Shown: positions 20,956-31,700 of the stretch, in pieces
How positions within the stretch are numbered: position 1 is the first letter of the stretch
Layout: each line of letters opens with the position of its first letter
From: an uncultured Eubacterium sp.
Lineage (GTDB): Bacteria; Bacillota; Clostridia; Peptostreptococcales; Anaerovoracaceae
Reading direction: 5' to 3'
Length of the DNA stretch: 55,073 nucleotides
Assembly: GCA_905193765.1 (NCBI GenBank)
Contig: CAJJPZ010000001.1
Coordinates: forward strand, 1 to 55,073
Notes under the pieces: model-generated
Told to the model about the DNA's origin: nothing
The model's database searches: none
The model's input: the letters and a program-made list of their open reading frames with translations, nothing else
Program-made: the position numbers and the translations under genes

Positions 20956-21423
20956 CTATTTATCTCTTTTGCGTGATTCTTTTCTTGCCTTTACTTCTTC
21001 GTACATGCGCTTCTCGTCTTCAGTTTCCGGCGTGTACGGTTTTACCGGCTGCGGTCTGCCATTCCTGCCCATGGATACCATCGTGAAATATGCAGAAAGT
21101 GCCTTCTGCGGACCGCTTGTTCCTTCCAGATCCTCCGCCTCAACATTTACGAAAACTTCCATTGACGAGTGTCCCACATACACGATCGATGCAGTGCATG
21201 TAACGAGCGCGCCTATAAAAATCGGAAGATGGAATTCGATCTCATCGACTCTGGCTGTGACGCAGTTTCCCTTTGCATACTTCATTGCAACCGCACCTGC
21301 TGCCATATCCATAAACTTCATTATTTCTCCGCCGTGCACGTTCCCGGCCACGTTGGCCTGATGCGGGAGCATTACCTGGCTCATTGCTATCTGGTTCCTG
21401 ACATCCATACTCATGTCCTCCAT
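20956..21423 (-). CDS. Acyl-CoA thioesterase (YciA-like hotdog)
   Basis: ANVAGNVHGGEIMKFMD, CVTARVD, VGHSSMEV, AYFTMVS. Confidence 0.9.
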   Translation of the reverse strand: MEDMSMDVRNQIAMSQVMLPHQANVAGNVHGGEIMKFMDMAAGAVAMKYAKGNCVTARVDEIEFHLPIFIGALVTCTASIVYVGHSSMEVFVNVEAEDLEGTSGPQKALSAYFTMVSMGRNGRPQPVKPYTPETEDEKRMYEEVKARKESRKRDK

Positions 21424-21629
21424 TCATTTATTTTAACACAATCACATTCCTGCCTGCTGCGCGGGAATACCTGACACGATATCCCGGCAATCCATGCAAC
21501 GCCGTTTCACGGTACATTGCTGCACCCCGATTTTGCTATATCTGAATTATACTCCACCATCATGCTCTTTGCAAATAAAAACTCCGGAGTCGCATATCTT
21601 CAGAATATACGGTCATCCGGAGTCTGTCG

Positions 21630-21704
21630 TGGCACCTCCAGCCAGAATCGAACTGGCAACGAACCCTTCGGAGGGGTTTATTATATCCATTTAACTATGG
21701 AGGC
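21630..21704 (-). tRNA. tRNA-Arg(CCG)
   Basis: GCCTCCATAGTTAAATGGATATAA...AACCC-CTCCGAA-GGGTT...GTTCGATT...GGAGGTGCCA; own TTGAAA-17-TATCAT promoter at 21789-21817. Confidence 0.95.
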
Positions 21705-21904
21705 CTGTCATATCTTCGTCGGCGTCCCGTGCATGGCCTCCGCTTCGCCTGCAGATCCACGGCACGAAATACGATCAGACATGCAGTTATGATAACACAC
21801 ATGGCGCATATTTTCAATCTTGTTTGCAAAAGTTTGCTGTGATGTTTTTCCCGGAAAGAAAAGACCTGCTGAAGTCTGTTGCTCCGGCAGGTTTTCCTTA
21901 ACTG

Positions 21905-21979
21905 TGGCACCCCTAGCCGGAATCGAACCAGCAACTAACCCTTAGGAGGGGCTTGTTATATCCATTTAACTATAGAGGC
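21905..21979 (-). tRNA. tRNA-Arg(CCT)
   Basis: GCCTCTATAGTTAAATGGATATAA...AGCCC-CTCCTAA-GGGTT...GGTTCGATTCC...GGGGTGCCA; own TTGAAA-17-TATAAT promoter at 22026-22054. Confidence 0.95.
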
Positions 21980-22173
21980 ACGTCCGTTATTCAGTTTCAA
22001 ATGACTTTCTGCAAAATCATTTAATATTATACCCCATCGCGGGAGCTTTTTCAATCAAAACTATTCGTTATTGCTAATATTTTTTCCGGCCTTGTTCAGG
22101 GCAACAGTTTTCATGGTTCGGAGAACTGCCACAGACGTTGCTGCGGCATTATATCTGTGAGCTGCTGCGTCAT

Positions 22174-22480
22174 GGTAGAGTTTTATAAGAAAATTTTTCA
22201 AAAACCTACTGTGTGAGTCCGTCAGTATCAGACGGATGCTCTGAGGCCGCATCATGAGTAGAGTTTTTCAGACAAAAAATCCAAAAACCTACTATCGGCG
22301 CCGGATCCCTTGACATAATATGGAAACCCATGCTGTCAAAGCCCTTATTTCATGCCGGAGAGTAGATTTTTCTGAAATCCATCTCAAAAACTCTACCATT
22401 GATATACTTACTAACGACCGAGATGAAGCGTTCCCGGATCAGGCGTAGGTTTTTAAGAAAAAAGTACCGAAAACTCTACC
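22174..22480. repeat. Phased GTAG-palindrome quartet, copy 4 (307 bp)
   Basis: Sites start at 22174, 22257, 22361, 22444; spacing 83/104/83. Confidence 0.95.
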
Positions 22481-22535
22481 TCTGCTATGTATTTACGGGC
22501 ATCACTCCTTGCATCACGCTCGCCTCAGCGCATCC

Positions 22536-22964
22536 TCAGTCATCGATCTCCCATTTGAGGATGTTTCCTGTTGCGCCGTCGACCTCGAACTCATACTCAT
22601 AGCCATTGTAATACAACTCGCCTTCGTACTCGATCCGCCCGTCATCGTATTCGCATTCCAGCTCGCTGATGTCGTTCTTCGTAGCACCGGGCACACGATC
22701 CAGAACGATCGATATGACTGCATCCATGCCGATGTCGCCGGTGTTTCCGGAACCGGAGCTGCTGTCTTGCTGTGACGGCTGCGACTGCGCTGCCGAGTCA
22801 TCGGATGTGATGCTGTTCGTGTCTGACGACGGCGCCGTACTTTGAATATCCTGACTGCCGGCGTCCGTGCCGCTGCCGCCGCATGCGGATAGACCGGCCG
22901 CAAGACCGGCTGCCATCACCACAGCTATCATTATTGGAATTATTCGTTTCGAAAAATTTTTCAT
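22536..22964 (-). CDS. PepSY-domain lipoprotein
   Basis: Lipobox LSAC, Ser-rich linker, DDGRIEYEGELYYNGYEYEFEVDGATGNILKWE. Confidence 0.88.
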   Translation of the reverse strand: MKNFSKRIIPIMIAVVMAAGLAAGLSACGGSGTDAGSQDIQSTAPSSDTNSITSDDSAAQSQPSQQDSSSGSGNTGDIGMDAVISIVLDRVPGATKNDISELECEYDDGRIEYEGELYYNGYEYEFEVDGATGNILKWEIDD

Positions 22965-23526
22965 TTCGTTCTCCATCCTGCCGATATCCTCCCGGCTTCG
23001 ATCTTCGTTCCATCACGTCTGCGGCCGATCCATTGCAGCTCTCGCGGCTATCTGTAAAGCTTTCATCATCCGACATGATCTGCCTGCCACTGCAATTCCG
23101 TCACTATATTGCATGCGCATGACCTGCCATCATCAATCCGCCACTATAGCCAGCACGGGTTGCCTGCTGCAAAGCTCTGACACTGACTTCTCCTCATCAG
23201 AGCGACCATGCCGACCGACGTAGTCTGTATGTCACAGGCGTCTGGCTAACAATCCCCGGCTATCCCGGCACAAACCTCGCGTCTGTATTCCAAGCTTTCA
23301 TCATCCTACATGATCTGTGTGCTGCCGGGTTCCCGCCGCCGGAAATCCTGCAACGACTTACGCTATCGGCACAGCGCAGATGTCCCGCTAACATCTATTG
23401 GCTGTACCGATGCAGCGCCCACTGCTGTCTGCCGAGCACTCCTCACCAGAATAACCATGCCAACTTGTACATTCTGCTCATCGCAGGTAGCCTGCTTGCG
23501 CCTTGCACGCACCTACCATGCTCTCC

Positions 23527-24924
23527 TCACCGGCCTGCCGCATTCTTCCCGCCTGCATCCTCACTCCTCAGCGGCAGCAGGAATGAGAAACAGCTGCCTT
23601 CACCAGGTACACTTTGCGCGCGGACATGACCGCCGTGGGCCTTTACCAGCGCATCCACCATGGAAAGTCCCAGCCCGTAGCCCTCGCTGCTGCGGGAGCG
23701 GTCCGCCCTGAAAAACCTTTCCCAGATGTGCTCCATGTCCTCCTGAGAGATCCCCGGTCCGCTGTCCTCTACGCTGCAGCACGCCATCTCCGCACCGTCG
23801 CACTGCTCGCGGTTCAGACTCAGCCGCACTGTGCCGGTGCCGTCCTCTGCGACGCCGTATTTCATCGCATTGTCCGTCAGATTGAGGATGATCCTGATCA
23901 GCATCGTCTCGTCGCCGGTGACATGGATCCCCGGCTGCACGTCCGCTTCAACAGTCACACCGCGCTCCTCTGCCAGGTAACTCTGCTGCTCCGCGATATC
24001 CTCGCACAGCGCGCTGAGGTCGATGTCTTCATTTTCCATCGTCAGCCGCCCTGAATCGCTTCGTGCAAAGGTAAGCAGGCGGTCCACCAGTCCGGACATC
24101 CTCCTGGCCTCGCCATTGATGACCCGCAGTGCCTTTTCACGATATCCGGCGTCCTCCAGCGCGTAATCGCTCTGAGAGATTATCACCGCCAGCGGCGTCC
24201 TCAGCTCGTGGGAGGCGTCCGACGTGAACTGCTTCTCATCGTTGAATGATTTTTCCAGCCGGTCGAACATGCTGTTGAAAGTCCTGCCCAGCTGATATAT
24301 CTCGTCGTGGCCGTCATCCAGCTCGATCCTCCTGGAAAGATCGGCGTCGCGGCTTATCTCTTCGGCGGTGGCAGTCATCTCCCGCACCGGTCTGAAACTG
24401 CGTTTCGACATGATATATCCGCCCAGAGCCGCGATGAGCATCAGCAGCGGGAACCCTATGAACGACAGCCTCATCATAAATGCAAAGGTGCTCTTTTGCG
24501 CGAAGTCCTTGACTATCCCTCTGACCCAGATCTGCCTGCCGTCCACGCTGAAAAGGCTGTCGTACAGATACCACACCTCGTTGTCGTCGCCGTCCAGACT
24601 GCGGATCTGCCTGTCCTTCAGCTCCGGCAGTTCGGCGACCTCTATCGGCCTGCGACCCTCCACCAGCGTCCCGTCAAGCTCGTACACACTGATATACACA
24701 CCGTCGTCGTAGAATTCCAGATCCTTGTCGATGATGAAATCGCTGCCGGACGCGCTGATCTCGTCGCTGGCGTCCCGCACCGCATCCCGCAGCTTAGTCT
24801 TTGCAAGCTCACTGGCCCTGGTGCTTCCGGTATAGATCATGACACCAAAAAAGCAGGCGGTTATTATTATCATGAAAAGTGTATACCATATGGTTATTTT
24901 TCCTGTTATCGATTTTATCTTCAT
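23527..24924 (-). CDS. Sensor histidine kinase (HAMP, HisKA, HATPase)
   Basis: FTSDASHELRTPL, NLTDNAMKY, DSGPGI, RFFRAD, GLGLS. Confidence 0.95.
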   Translation of the reverse strand: MKIKSITGKITIWYTLFMIIITACFFGVMIYTGSTRASELAKTKLRDAVRDASDEISASGSDFIIDKDLEFYDDGVYISVYELDGTLVEGRRPIEVAELPELKDRQIRSLDGDDNEVWYLYDSLFSVDGRQIWVRGIVKDFAQKSTFAFMMRLSFIGFPLLMLIAALGGYIMSKRSFRPVREMTATAEEISRDADLSRRIELDDGHDEIYQLGRTFNSMFDRLEKSFNDEKQFTSDASHELRTPLAVIISQSDYALEDAGYREKALRVINGEARRMSGLVDRLLTFARSDSGRLTMENEDIDLSALCEDIAEQQSYLAEERGVTVEADVQPGIHVTGDETMLIRIILNLTDNAMKYGVAEDGTGTVRLSLNREQCDGAEMACCSVEDSGPGISQEDMEHIWERFFRADRSRSSEGYGLGLSMVDALVKAHGGHVRAQSVPGEGSCFSFLLPLRSEDAGGKNAAGR

Positions 24925-24957
24925 AAAACTATCCTGACCGTGACCGTCAGCAATCGG

Positions 24958-25623
24958 TTACTTTATCATGTAGCCCGCGCCCTTGACAGTCTGTATTTTC
25001 TTTTCATCAAAGTCCCTGTCTATCTTGCGGCGGAGGTGGTACATGTACACGTCGATGACGTTGGAGCCTCCGTCGTAGTCGTAGTTCCATATGTGGTTGG
25101 ACAGCTTGTCCCTGGAAAGCACCCTGCCCTGATTTTGCATGAGGTATTCCAGGATGTCGAATTCCTTGGCGGTCAGTTTGATCTCCTGCCCGCCTCTGGT
25201 CACTGTCCTGGAGGCAGAGTCCAGCGTCAGATCTCCCGAGGTCATCACATTGCCGGCGCGCTCTCCGCCGCGTCTCACGATGGCCCTGACCCGTGCCAGC
25301 AGCTCGTTGAAATCAAAAGGTTTCACCAGATAGTCGTCGGCTCCGGCGTCCAGGCCTGCGACACGATCCTCTACTGTACCCATTGCAGTGAGCAGCAGCA
25401 CCGGTGTGTTGTTCCCCGATGCACGCATTTCCCTGAGCACGCCGATCCCGGTTATGCCCGGCAGCATTATGTCCAGGATGATCCCGTCGTATTCGGCGCA
25501 TCTTATAAAATCCAGGGCGTCGTTCCCGGTGTAGCACGCATCAACGCTGTAGTGTTCGTTGGTTAGTTTCCTGACTATTATTTCATTCAGATCCTTCTGA
25601 TCCTCTACTACAAGTAGCCTCAT
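24958..25623 (-). CDS. OmpR-family response regulator
   Basis: MRLLVVED, ILDIMLP, GLDAGADDYLVKPF, LTAKEF, NVIDVY, TVKGAGY. Confidence 0.95.
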   Translation of the reverse strand: MRLLVVEDQKDLNEIIVRKLTNEHYSVDACYTGNDALDFIRCAEYDGIILDIMLPGITGIGVLREMRASGNNTPVLLLTAMGTVEDRVAGLDAGADDYLVKPFDFNELLARVRAIVRRGGERAGNVMTSGDLTLDSASRTVTRGGQEIKLTAKEFDILEYLMQNQGRVLSRDKLSNHIWNYDYDGGSNVIDVYMYHLRRKIDRDFDEKKIQTVKGAGYMIK

Positions 25624-25816
25624 GATCGTCACTCCTCTCATCAGGTATATTATATCAGGGCAAAATTAAATTTGCATTAATACCTGAAAAAACATTGCTT
25701 CTTCACGGTCTCCCGGATGCTGTGATTTTTTATATGGAATATATCGAATCCTGTTTATCTGCCACTGCATTTGTGTTAAAATTGTTTTAATTATAAATTT
25801 TTTGGAGGTATACAGA

Positions 25817-26416
25817 ATGAATATAGTTTGTTTAGACATGGAAGGCGTTCTGATCCCTGAGATCTGGATCGCTTTTGCAGAAGCCACCGGTATCGAAGAG
25901 CTCAAGAGAACGACCCGCGACGAACCTGACTACGACAAGCTCATGCAGTACAGACTCGATATCCTGAGGAAGCACAACCTCGGTATCAAAGAGATCCAGG
26001 AAACCATCAGCAAGATGGATCCTATCCCGGGTGCAAAGGAATTCCTCGACGAGCTGAGAACTATAACTCAGGTCATCATCATCAGCGACACGTTCGAGCA
26101 GTTCGCACAGCCTCTCATGAAAAAACTGGGCTGGCCGACACTTTTCTGCAACTCGCTGGAAATCGCGGAAGACGGCACGATCACTGACTACAAGATGAGA
26201 GTGGAAAAGTCAAAGTACACAACAGTCAAGGCTCTCCAGTCCATCGGATTCGACACTATCGCCAGCGGCGACAGCCACAACGATATGGGCATGATCCAGG
26301 CAAGCAAAGCCGGATTCCTGTTCAAGAGCACTGAATCCATCAAGGCAGAATATCCGGATATCCCTGCATTCGACGAGTACGACGATCTGCTGGCAGCTAT
26401 AAAAGCGGCGCTGTAA
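25817..26416 (+). CDS. thrH: Phosphoserine phosphatase/homoserine phosphotransferase
   Basis: CLDMEGVLIPEIW, TTRDEPDYDKLM, ISDTFEQFA, LGWPTLFCN, GDSHND; ATG behind GGAGG. Confidence 0.92.
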   Translation: MNIVCLDMEGVLIPEIWIAFAEATGIEELKRTTRDEPDYDKLMQYRLDILRKHNLGIKEIQETISKMDPIPGAKEFLDELRTITQVIIISDTFEQFAQPLMKKLGWPTLFCNSLEIAEDGTITDYKMRVEKSKYTTVKALQSIGFDTIASGDSHNDMGMIQASKAGFLFKSTESIKAEYPDIPAFDEYDDLLAAIKAAL

Positions 26417-26505
26417 GCATACGCAGCTGCGTCCCTGATCATGCGGAGCCATTGCCCGCAGACAGGCGCGACCCGGAAATACATATCAATAATATCATGA
26501 CAACG

Positions 26506-26535
26506 ACGGGAGCCTGTTTGCAAGGCTCCCGTTTT
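26506..26535 (+). terminator. Rho-independent terminator after thrH
   Basis: ACGGGAGCCT/AGGCTCCCGT stem followed by TTT. Confidence 0.7.
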
Positions 26536-26910
26536 GTATTGGAGCCCTGCAACGTTCGCTGGCGCTCACTCCTACGCCTGCGGCTACGCTTGGAGACCTA
26601 TCCCAGCAAGCTTGCGAGCTGCGGAAGGTCCCATTCGAGAGTTCCCCGGCTTTAGCCGAAATGGAACTCACCGTGTCCAGCCTGCCTTGCGAATCGCCTT
26701 GCGGCTCTTCGGGCAGGATGGCGTTTTTCCCCAGCTTCAGCTGGCTTGGAAAATGCGGCAGCAGGTGCGGTAAGCCACCAACGCTTATGCTCCAGCAGGC
26801 TACCGCCTGTTTGTTGTCCGTTCTGCCATGTGGATCGCCGTTAGCTCTACGGTTCAGTGCTTAAGCACTTGGCGGTGTACTGCGCGATTTGACGGAGATG
26901 CTGGCATGAT

Positions 26911-27217
26911 GGTAGAGTTTCAGGCAGAATTTTTTTAAAAACCTACTGATTCAGACGGGCAGTGTCAGCCGGAGATCCTGAGCATGCATCGATGGTAGAG
27001 TTTCTTAAACAAAAAATCAAAAAACCTACTACGATCCGTGATTTGTTCGGGAAACCTGAGATACAGGTAGAGCTAGCAGCCTGATTTTGAGCTTATAAGT
27101 AGATTTTCTATAAAAAAAGCTCCAAAAGTCTACCATCAGAATCCATGAAATCCAAGATTCCCGAAGGTGCCCGGCATATGGGTAGGTTTTTGCACATAAA
27201 GATACGCAAAACTCTAC
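26911..27217. repeat. Phased GTAG-palindrome quartet, copy 5 (307 bp)
   Basis: Sites start at 26911, 26994, 27098, 27181; spacing 83/104/83. Confidence 0.95.
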
Positions 27218-27486
27218 TATTACAAACAGCGTATGCTGACCAGCTCTGAATTTCCGTCTCAGGCTTCTCATGACCGCGCCGAACATCCCGAAGACTGCGC
27301 TGTCGTATCCCTGCCGGCACTTTCCCCCGCCGACTCCCGCAAAAAGTAATATCATTAACAGCCGCGATTTTGCATAATAAAGGTTTTGAAAATCTCCCCT
27401 TATGATGTAAAATATAGTTACGTAAATTTTGCGGGCGGGTGTAACATATGCCTGACTGCCATGTTATATTAGGGAAGGAGGGGAAC

Positions 27487-28005
27487 ATGAACAAGGATCT
27501 GCTGCGTGAGATCTACGACGCTTATGCAAAGGAAATCAACCTTTACCTGTATTCCCTCTGCAAAAATTCCGCACTGGCTGAGGATCTGATGCATGACGTT
27601 TTCGTGCAGGCGATCATGTCCCTCAGCGACGACCACCCCAATTTCCGGGCCTGGCTGTATAAAGTGGCGCATAACCTTTGCATAAACAGGCTGCGAAAAG
27701 ACAACCGTCTGGATTTCCGTGACAGTATACCGGAGGACGGCAGCGGCCACTTCGGCAGCAGCGACGATGCACTGGCTGACATGCTGACCACAGAGCGGAA
27801 CAGGACGCTTTACCGATATATGAACAAACTGCCCGACCTTCACAGGGAGATCCTGTTCATGGAATATTTTTCGGAAATGAATCACAAGGAGATCGCGGTC
27901 GCGCTGGATCTCAGCCCGAACAATGTCCGGGTCATCGCACACAGAGCGCGCAAGGAACTTAAGTCAATGCTTGAAAAGGAAGAGGAGGATGATCATGAGC
28001 TTTAA
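27487..28005 (+). CDS. ECF sigma-70 factor
   Basis: AEDLMHDVF, FRAWLYKVAHNLCIN, EIAVALDLSPNNVRVIAHRARKELK; ATG behind GGAGGGG. Confidence 0.92.
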   Translation: MNKDLLREIYDAYAKEINLYLYSLCKNSALAEDLMHDVFVQAIMSLSDDHPNFRAWLYKVAHNLCINRLRKDNRLDFRDSIPEDGSGHFGSSDDALADMLTTERNRTLYRYMNKLPDLHREILFMEYFSEMNHKEIAVALDLSPNNVRVIAHRARKELKSMLEKEEEDDHEL

Positions 28006-29434
28006 AGACTGTCTTGAAAGATACAGAAATGGAACTGCGACTCCGGAAGAAATAAAGATCGTTGAAGAAGAACTGGAAAAATTCGAAGCTCTGAATGATC
28101 TCGCGTATGAAAATATTTCCGGTCAGATCGACGGTTTCATCGCCGACCCTCTCAGTGACGATAAAGACGACGAAGATGGTAAAAACGGCAATGATGCAAA
28201 GGGCGGCACGGACAATCCTGACAACTGCGGAGCCGACGAAGGCACTCCCAACGGAAGTGAAAAGGCGGATCCTGCCGCAGGCTGCACCGGGGGGGGACGC
28301 GCAATCCACAGAAACTCACAGACCGCGGAGCCTCGCAAACCGCAGGAACGCACAAACTGCGGAGGCTCGCAAACTACGAAAACTCGCAAACCACAGAGAC
28401 TCGCAAACCACAGAAAAGAGATCTCCGACAGTGAACGTTTCACCAGACAGATCAACCGTGAGATCAAGAAAACTTTCGTGAAGATCGGTCTCTGCTCCGG
28501 CGCGTGCGTGATGGTGATCGTGCTTTTCCTGATTTTCGGCCTGTCCCCGCTGATGAACGTGTTTTTCTACGACCCGACGGAGCCCGTATGGGAAGCCGAC
28601 GACAACGACTACGCACCTGAACGGCTCTCCGTTGACCTCGGCGTCTACACGGAGCTGCTGATGCCGCTGAACAAATACGACTCGACTATATCCCTGAAGC
28701 AGGGATTCGGCAAATACTACTTCACCGCCAACAAGGTGGCCTGGATCAACGACGCAGAAAACGGCAACAGGACCATAGCCGGTGAGATAAGCCGCGGCAA
28801 TCTGCAGATATTCACTCCCGATGTTCTGGAGCGGCCTGCCGACAATGTCATGGGCCTCACTGACGACGCCAACAAAGACTCTGTGATGTATGGCACAAGT
28901 CCTGAAGATGCCCTGGCCGAGATCAAGTCCCAGTCCGGAGGCCGGAAGCTGATCAAAGCATATGTGACTTTCAACAAGGATCTTTCCTTCGCAGACGCAT
29001 GCCGGATCCTGGAGGACTACGACACATTCAGCTCCTGGCTGGGAGTCCGCCTGCCTGATGACAGGATGGGCTACGGCTTCACAATCGATACCAGCGGAGC
29101 GGTCTTCGAGAAATGCAAAATCAACAAGAAGTATCCGGCACTTCTGTTCAACGGCGTCGGCGCCCTGGCTGACGACTTCGAGTCGAAGAAAACAGAGAAA
29201 TACTTCCGGAACCACTTCGTCAGCATGCTTAAATATCTTTCGGACAACAGAGATTTCGTCGACATGATAGACAAGACAAATGATTTCAATTCGATCGATG
29301 CTGACAGTATCAGCAAATATCTGAAAAAGAACGGACTGCAGATATATGGCGTCGCCACATACGCCGACAGAGACACCCTCATCGACATGTACTCCGATCC
29401 GGCAGTCTACGGCATACTCATAAACGCAGAGTGA
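27995..29434 (+). CDS. Membrane-bound anti-sigma factor with low-complexity cytoplasmic insert
   Basis: Overlaps sigma stop; LERYRNGTATPEE..VEEELEK N-terminus, one TM, FYDP, AYVTFNKDL; insert with CTCGCAAAC microrepeats at ~28310-28410. Confidence 0.75.
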   Translation: MSFKDCLERYRNGTATPEEIKIVEEELEKFEALNDLAYENISGQIDGFIADPLSDDKDDEDGKNGNDAKGGTDNPDNCGADEGTPNGSEKADPAAGCTGGGRAIHRNSQTAEPRKPQERTNCGGSQTTKTRKPQRLANHRKEISDSERFTRQINREIKKTFVKIGLCSGACVMVIVLFLIFGLSPLMNVFFYDPTEPVWEADDNDYAPERLSVDLGVYTELLMPLNKYDSTISLKQGFGKYYFTANKVAWINDAENGNRTIAGEISRGNLQIFTPDVLERPADNVMGLTDDANKDSVMYGTSPEDALAEIKSQSGGRKLIKAYVTFNKDLSFADACRILEDYDTFSSWLGVRLPDDRMGYGFTIDTSGAVFEKCKINKKYPALLFNGVGALADDFESKKTEKYFRNHFVSMLKYLSDNRDFVDMIDKTNDFNSIDADSISKYLKKNGLQIYGVATYADRDTLIDMYSDPAVYGILINAE

Positions 29435-29515
29435 TGCGGCGGCGCTGCTGACGGTCTGCCCGACCGGCTTTTCCGGCTTACCCGGCTGCAGCACACTCGC
29501 CGGGCGCATATCTAC

Positions 29516-29546
29516 AAAAAAACCTGCCACGACGGCAGGTTTTTTC
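29516..29546. terminator. Bidirectional terminator between convergent anti-sigma and ABC genes
   Basis: AAAAAAACCTGCC-ACGAC-GGCAGGTTTTTT. Confidence 0.85.
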
Positions 29547-29594
29547 ATGTCCCCGGCATCTCTGCCGTATCTGCTGTATCCGACGCGGCCTTTC

Positions 29595-31640
29595 TCAGAC
29601 CACGCTGGTTTCATAAAGTTCGTGATATATACCTCCGGCTGCCATGAGCTGATCATGGGTGCCGGATTCTTTTATTTCCCCGTCGTCGATGAGGATTATC
29701 CTGTCGGCGTTCTTTATGGTGGACAGTCTGTGGGCAATGAGTATGGACGTCCTGCCCTCAGACAGTCTGTCGAAAGCGCCCTGTATCCTGGCCTCCGTCA
29801 CTGTATCCAGCGCCGACGTCGCTTCGTCAAGTATCAGCACCGGCGGATTTTTCAGGAAGATCCTCGCTATGGAAACTCTCTGCTTCTGGCCTCCCGACAG
29901 CAGCACGCCGCGTTCGCCCACATAGGAGCTGAATCCCTCCGGCATGTGCATTATGTCATCGTAGATCTCGGCTTTTTTCGCAGCTTCGATCACCTCGGCA
30001 TCGGTGGCGTCAGGTCTGCCGTATCTTATATTTTCCATGATGGTGTCCGGGAAAAGGTAGACATCCTGCTGCACTATGCCGATATTCCGGCGCAGGGAAT
30101 GCTTCGACACCTCCCGGACATCGTGTCCGTCCAGGCGCACTACCCCGCGGTCCGTGTCGTAGAATCTCGGGATCAGCTGGCACAGAGTGCTTTTGCCCCC
30201 TCCCGACGGCCCCACGATGGCAACAGTCTCTCCGGGGCTGATATGCAGATCGATACCCCGCAGCACGCTGTTCTCATCATCGTACGTAAAGTCTACATTT
30301 TCCATATCGATGCGACCCTGAACACCCTGCAGCACCACCGGATGCTCGGCCTCCCTGACCTCCGGCCTGCTGCGCATCAGGTCGATGAAACGGTTCAGAC
30401 CGGCGAACCCGTTCATGAACATTTCCGTGAAATTCGACAGTTTCCTGATCGGGTTGATGAAGGTCCCTATATAAAGGTAGAACGTTATCAGATCCACATA
30501 GTCCATCCGGTTGCGCATAATGAGCCAGCCGCCCACCGCCATGATCACCACCGGCATGATGCACATGAAGTACTCCAGCGACGAGTTGAACTTGCCGAAA
30601 GCCCTGTAGTTGTCGCATTTCGCGGTCTTGAATCGCTCATTGGCTATGGAAAATTTAGCGTAGTCCACGTCCTCGTTGGCGAATGCTTTGGACGTCCTGA
30701 TGCCGGAAAGTCCCGACTCGATCTCGCCGTTGATCTCCGCCATCTTTACCTTTACATTGCGGGAGGTGATCACCATGTTCCTGCGGCATGCTATTACCAC
30801 CAGCAGGAAGATCGGTATGATTATCAGTATCACCAGCGCCAGTCTCCACTGGATAGGGAACATTATTATCAGACTGCCGATTATGGTCACGATTGCTATG
30901 AAAAGATCCTCCGGCCCGTGGTGCGCCAGTTCCGTCAGTTCGAAGAGGTCTCCGGTCATGCGGTTCATCAGCTGGCCGGTCCTGTTCCTGTCAAAGAATT
31001 TGAAGTCCATGGTCTGCATGTGTGCGAAGAGCTCCTGCCTCATGTCCGCTTCAACACGCACGCCAAACATATGCCCCCAGTAGGTGATGATGTAGTTCAT
31101 AGCCGACCGCAGTATGAAGGCTATGGCCACGATGACCATCACCGTGAAAAATGTATGGAATTCCTTTCCCGGCAGCAGCTCGTTCATGGAGCGCCTTGCC
31201 ACCAGCGGGAAAGTCAGGTCTATGAGGCACGCTACGAAAGCGCAGGACAGATCCAGCAGGAACAGTTTCCAGTGGGGCCTGAAATAACCCAGGAAAGTCC
31301 GCATCGGCGGTCTGCTGAAATCTCTGCGCTGCCCGGCGGCTCGCTTCTGATATTCCGGAGGCATTTGTTCTCCGGTCACGCCTTCCGAGCCACTGCCGAT
31401 CTCCGATACGCTATCTTTGTCTGCGTTGCCGGTGCTTGCCGACGCTCCATCTTTGTCCGGGATTCTACCGTCGGTCACGGCAGCACCTTCTTTGTGAGCA
31501 CCACCGGACCCCGGTATACTGACCTTGCATGGATTGCTGTCAGCTTCAGCTGTCCCGCGTAAATTCTCTCCCGGCGGTCCTACGGCGGCTCCATCTTTTT
31601 CTGTTTTGTTAAGTTTCTCTTTATTTCTATCTGTTGCCAT
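29595..31640 (-). CDS. ABC exporter, fused permease/ATPase, with ~110-aa disordered N-terminal extension
   Basis: GPSGGGKST, LSGGQKQR, ILDEATSALD, IAHRLST; six-TM N-domain with ELAHHGPED; exact start uncertain. Confidence 0.92.
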   Translation of the reverse strand: MATDRNKEKLNKTEKDGAAVGPPGENLRGTAEADSNPCKVSIPGSGGAHKEGAAVTDGRIPDKDGASASTGNADKDSVSEIGSGSEGVTGEQMPPEYQKRAAGQRRDFSRPPMRTFLGYFRPHWKLFLLDLSCAFVACLIDLTFPLVARRSMNELLPGKEFHTFFTVMVIVAIAFILRSAMNYIITYWGHMFGVRVEADMRQELFAHMQTMDFKFFDRNRTGQLMNRMTGDLFELTELAHHGPEDLFIAIVTIIGSLIIMFPIQWRLALVILIIIPIFLLVVIACRRNMVITSRNVKVKMAEINGEIESGLSGIRTSKAFANEDVDYAKFSIANERFKTAKCDNYRAFGKFNSSLEYFMCIMPVVIMAVGGWLIMRNRMDYVDLITFYLYIGTFINPIRKLSNFTEMFMNGFAGLNRFIDLMRSRPEVREAEHPVVLQGVQGRIDMENVDFTYDDENSVLRGIDLHISPGETVAIVGPSGGGKSTLCQLIPRFYDTDRGVVRLDGHDVREVSKHSLRRNIGIVQQDVYLFPDTIMENIRYGRPDATDAEVIEAAKKAEIYDDIMHMPEGFSSYVGERGVLLSGGQKQRVSIARIFLKNPPVLILDEATSALDTVTEARIQGAFDRLSEGRTSILIAHRLSTIKNADRIILIDDGEIKESGTHDQLMAAGGIYHELYETSVV

Positions 31641-31700
31641 TCCTTATACCGTAAATCCTTTCTACTGAAATGTATTTATGTATGACGTCCATTGTATCAA

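Noticed and set aside
21630..21979. tRNA-anchored genomic island
   Set aside because: No integrase and no duplicated tRNA 3' end seen in window
29547..31562. Long antisense ORFs (also 11649..12809, 11857..13335, 24307..25566, 28316..29656, 47722..48867, 52127..53392)
   Set aside because: Shadows of well-supported genes on the other strand; no motifs or RBS
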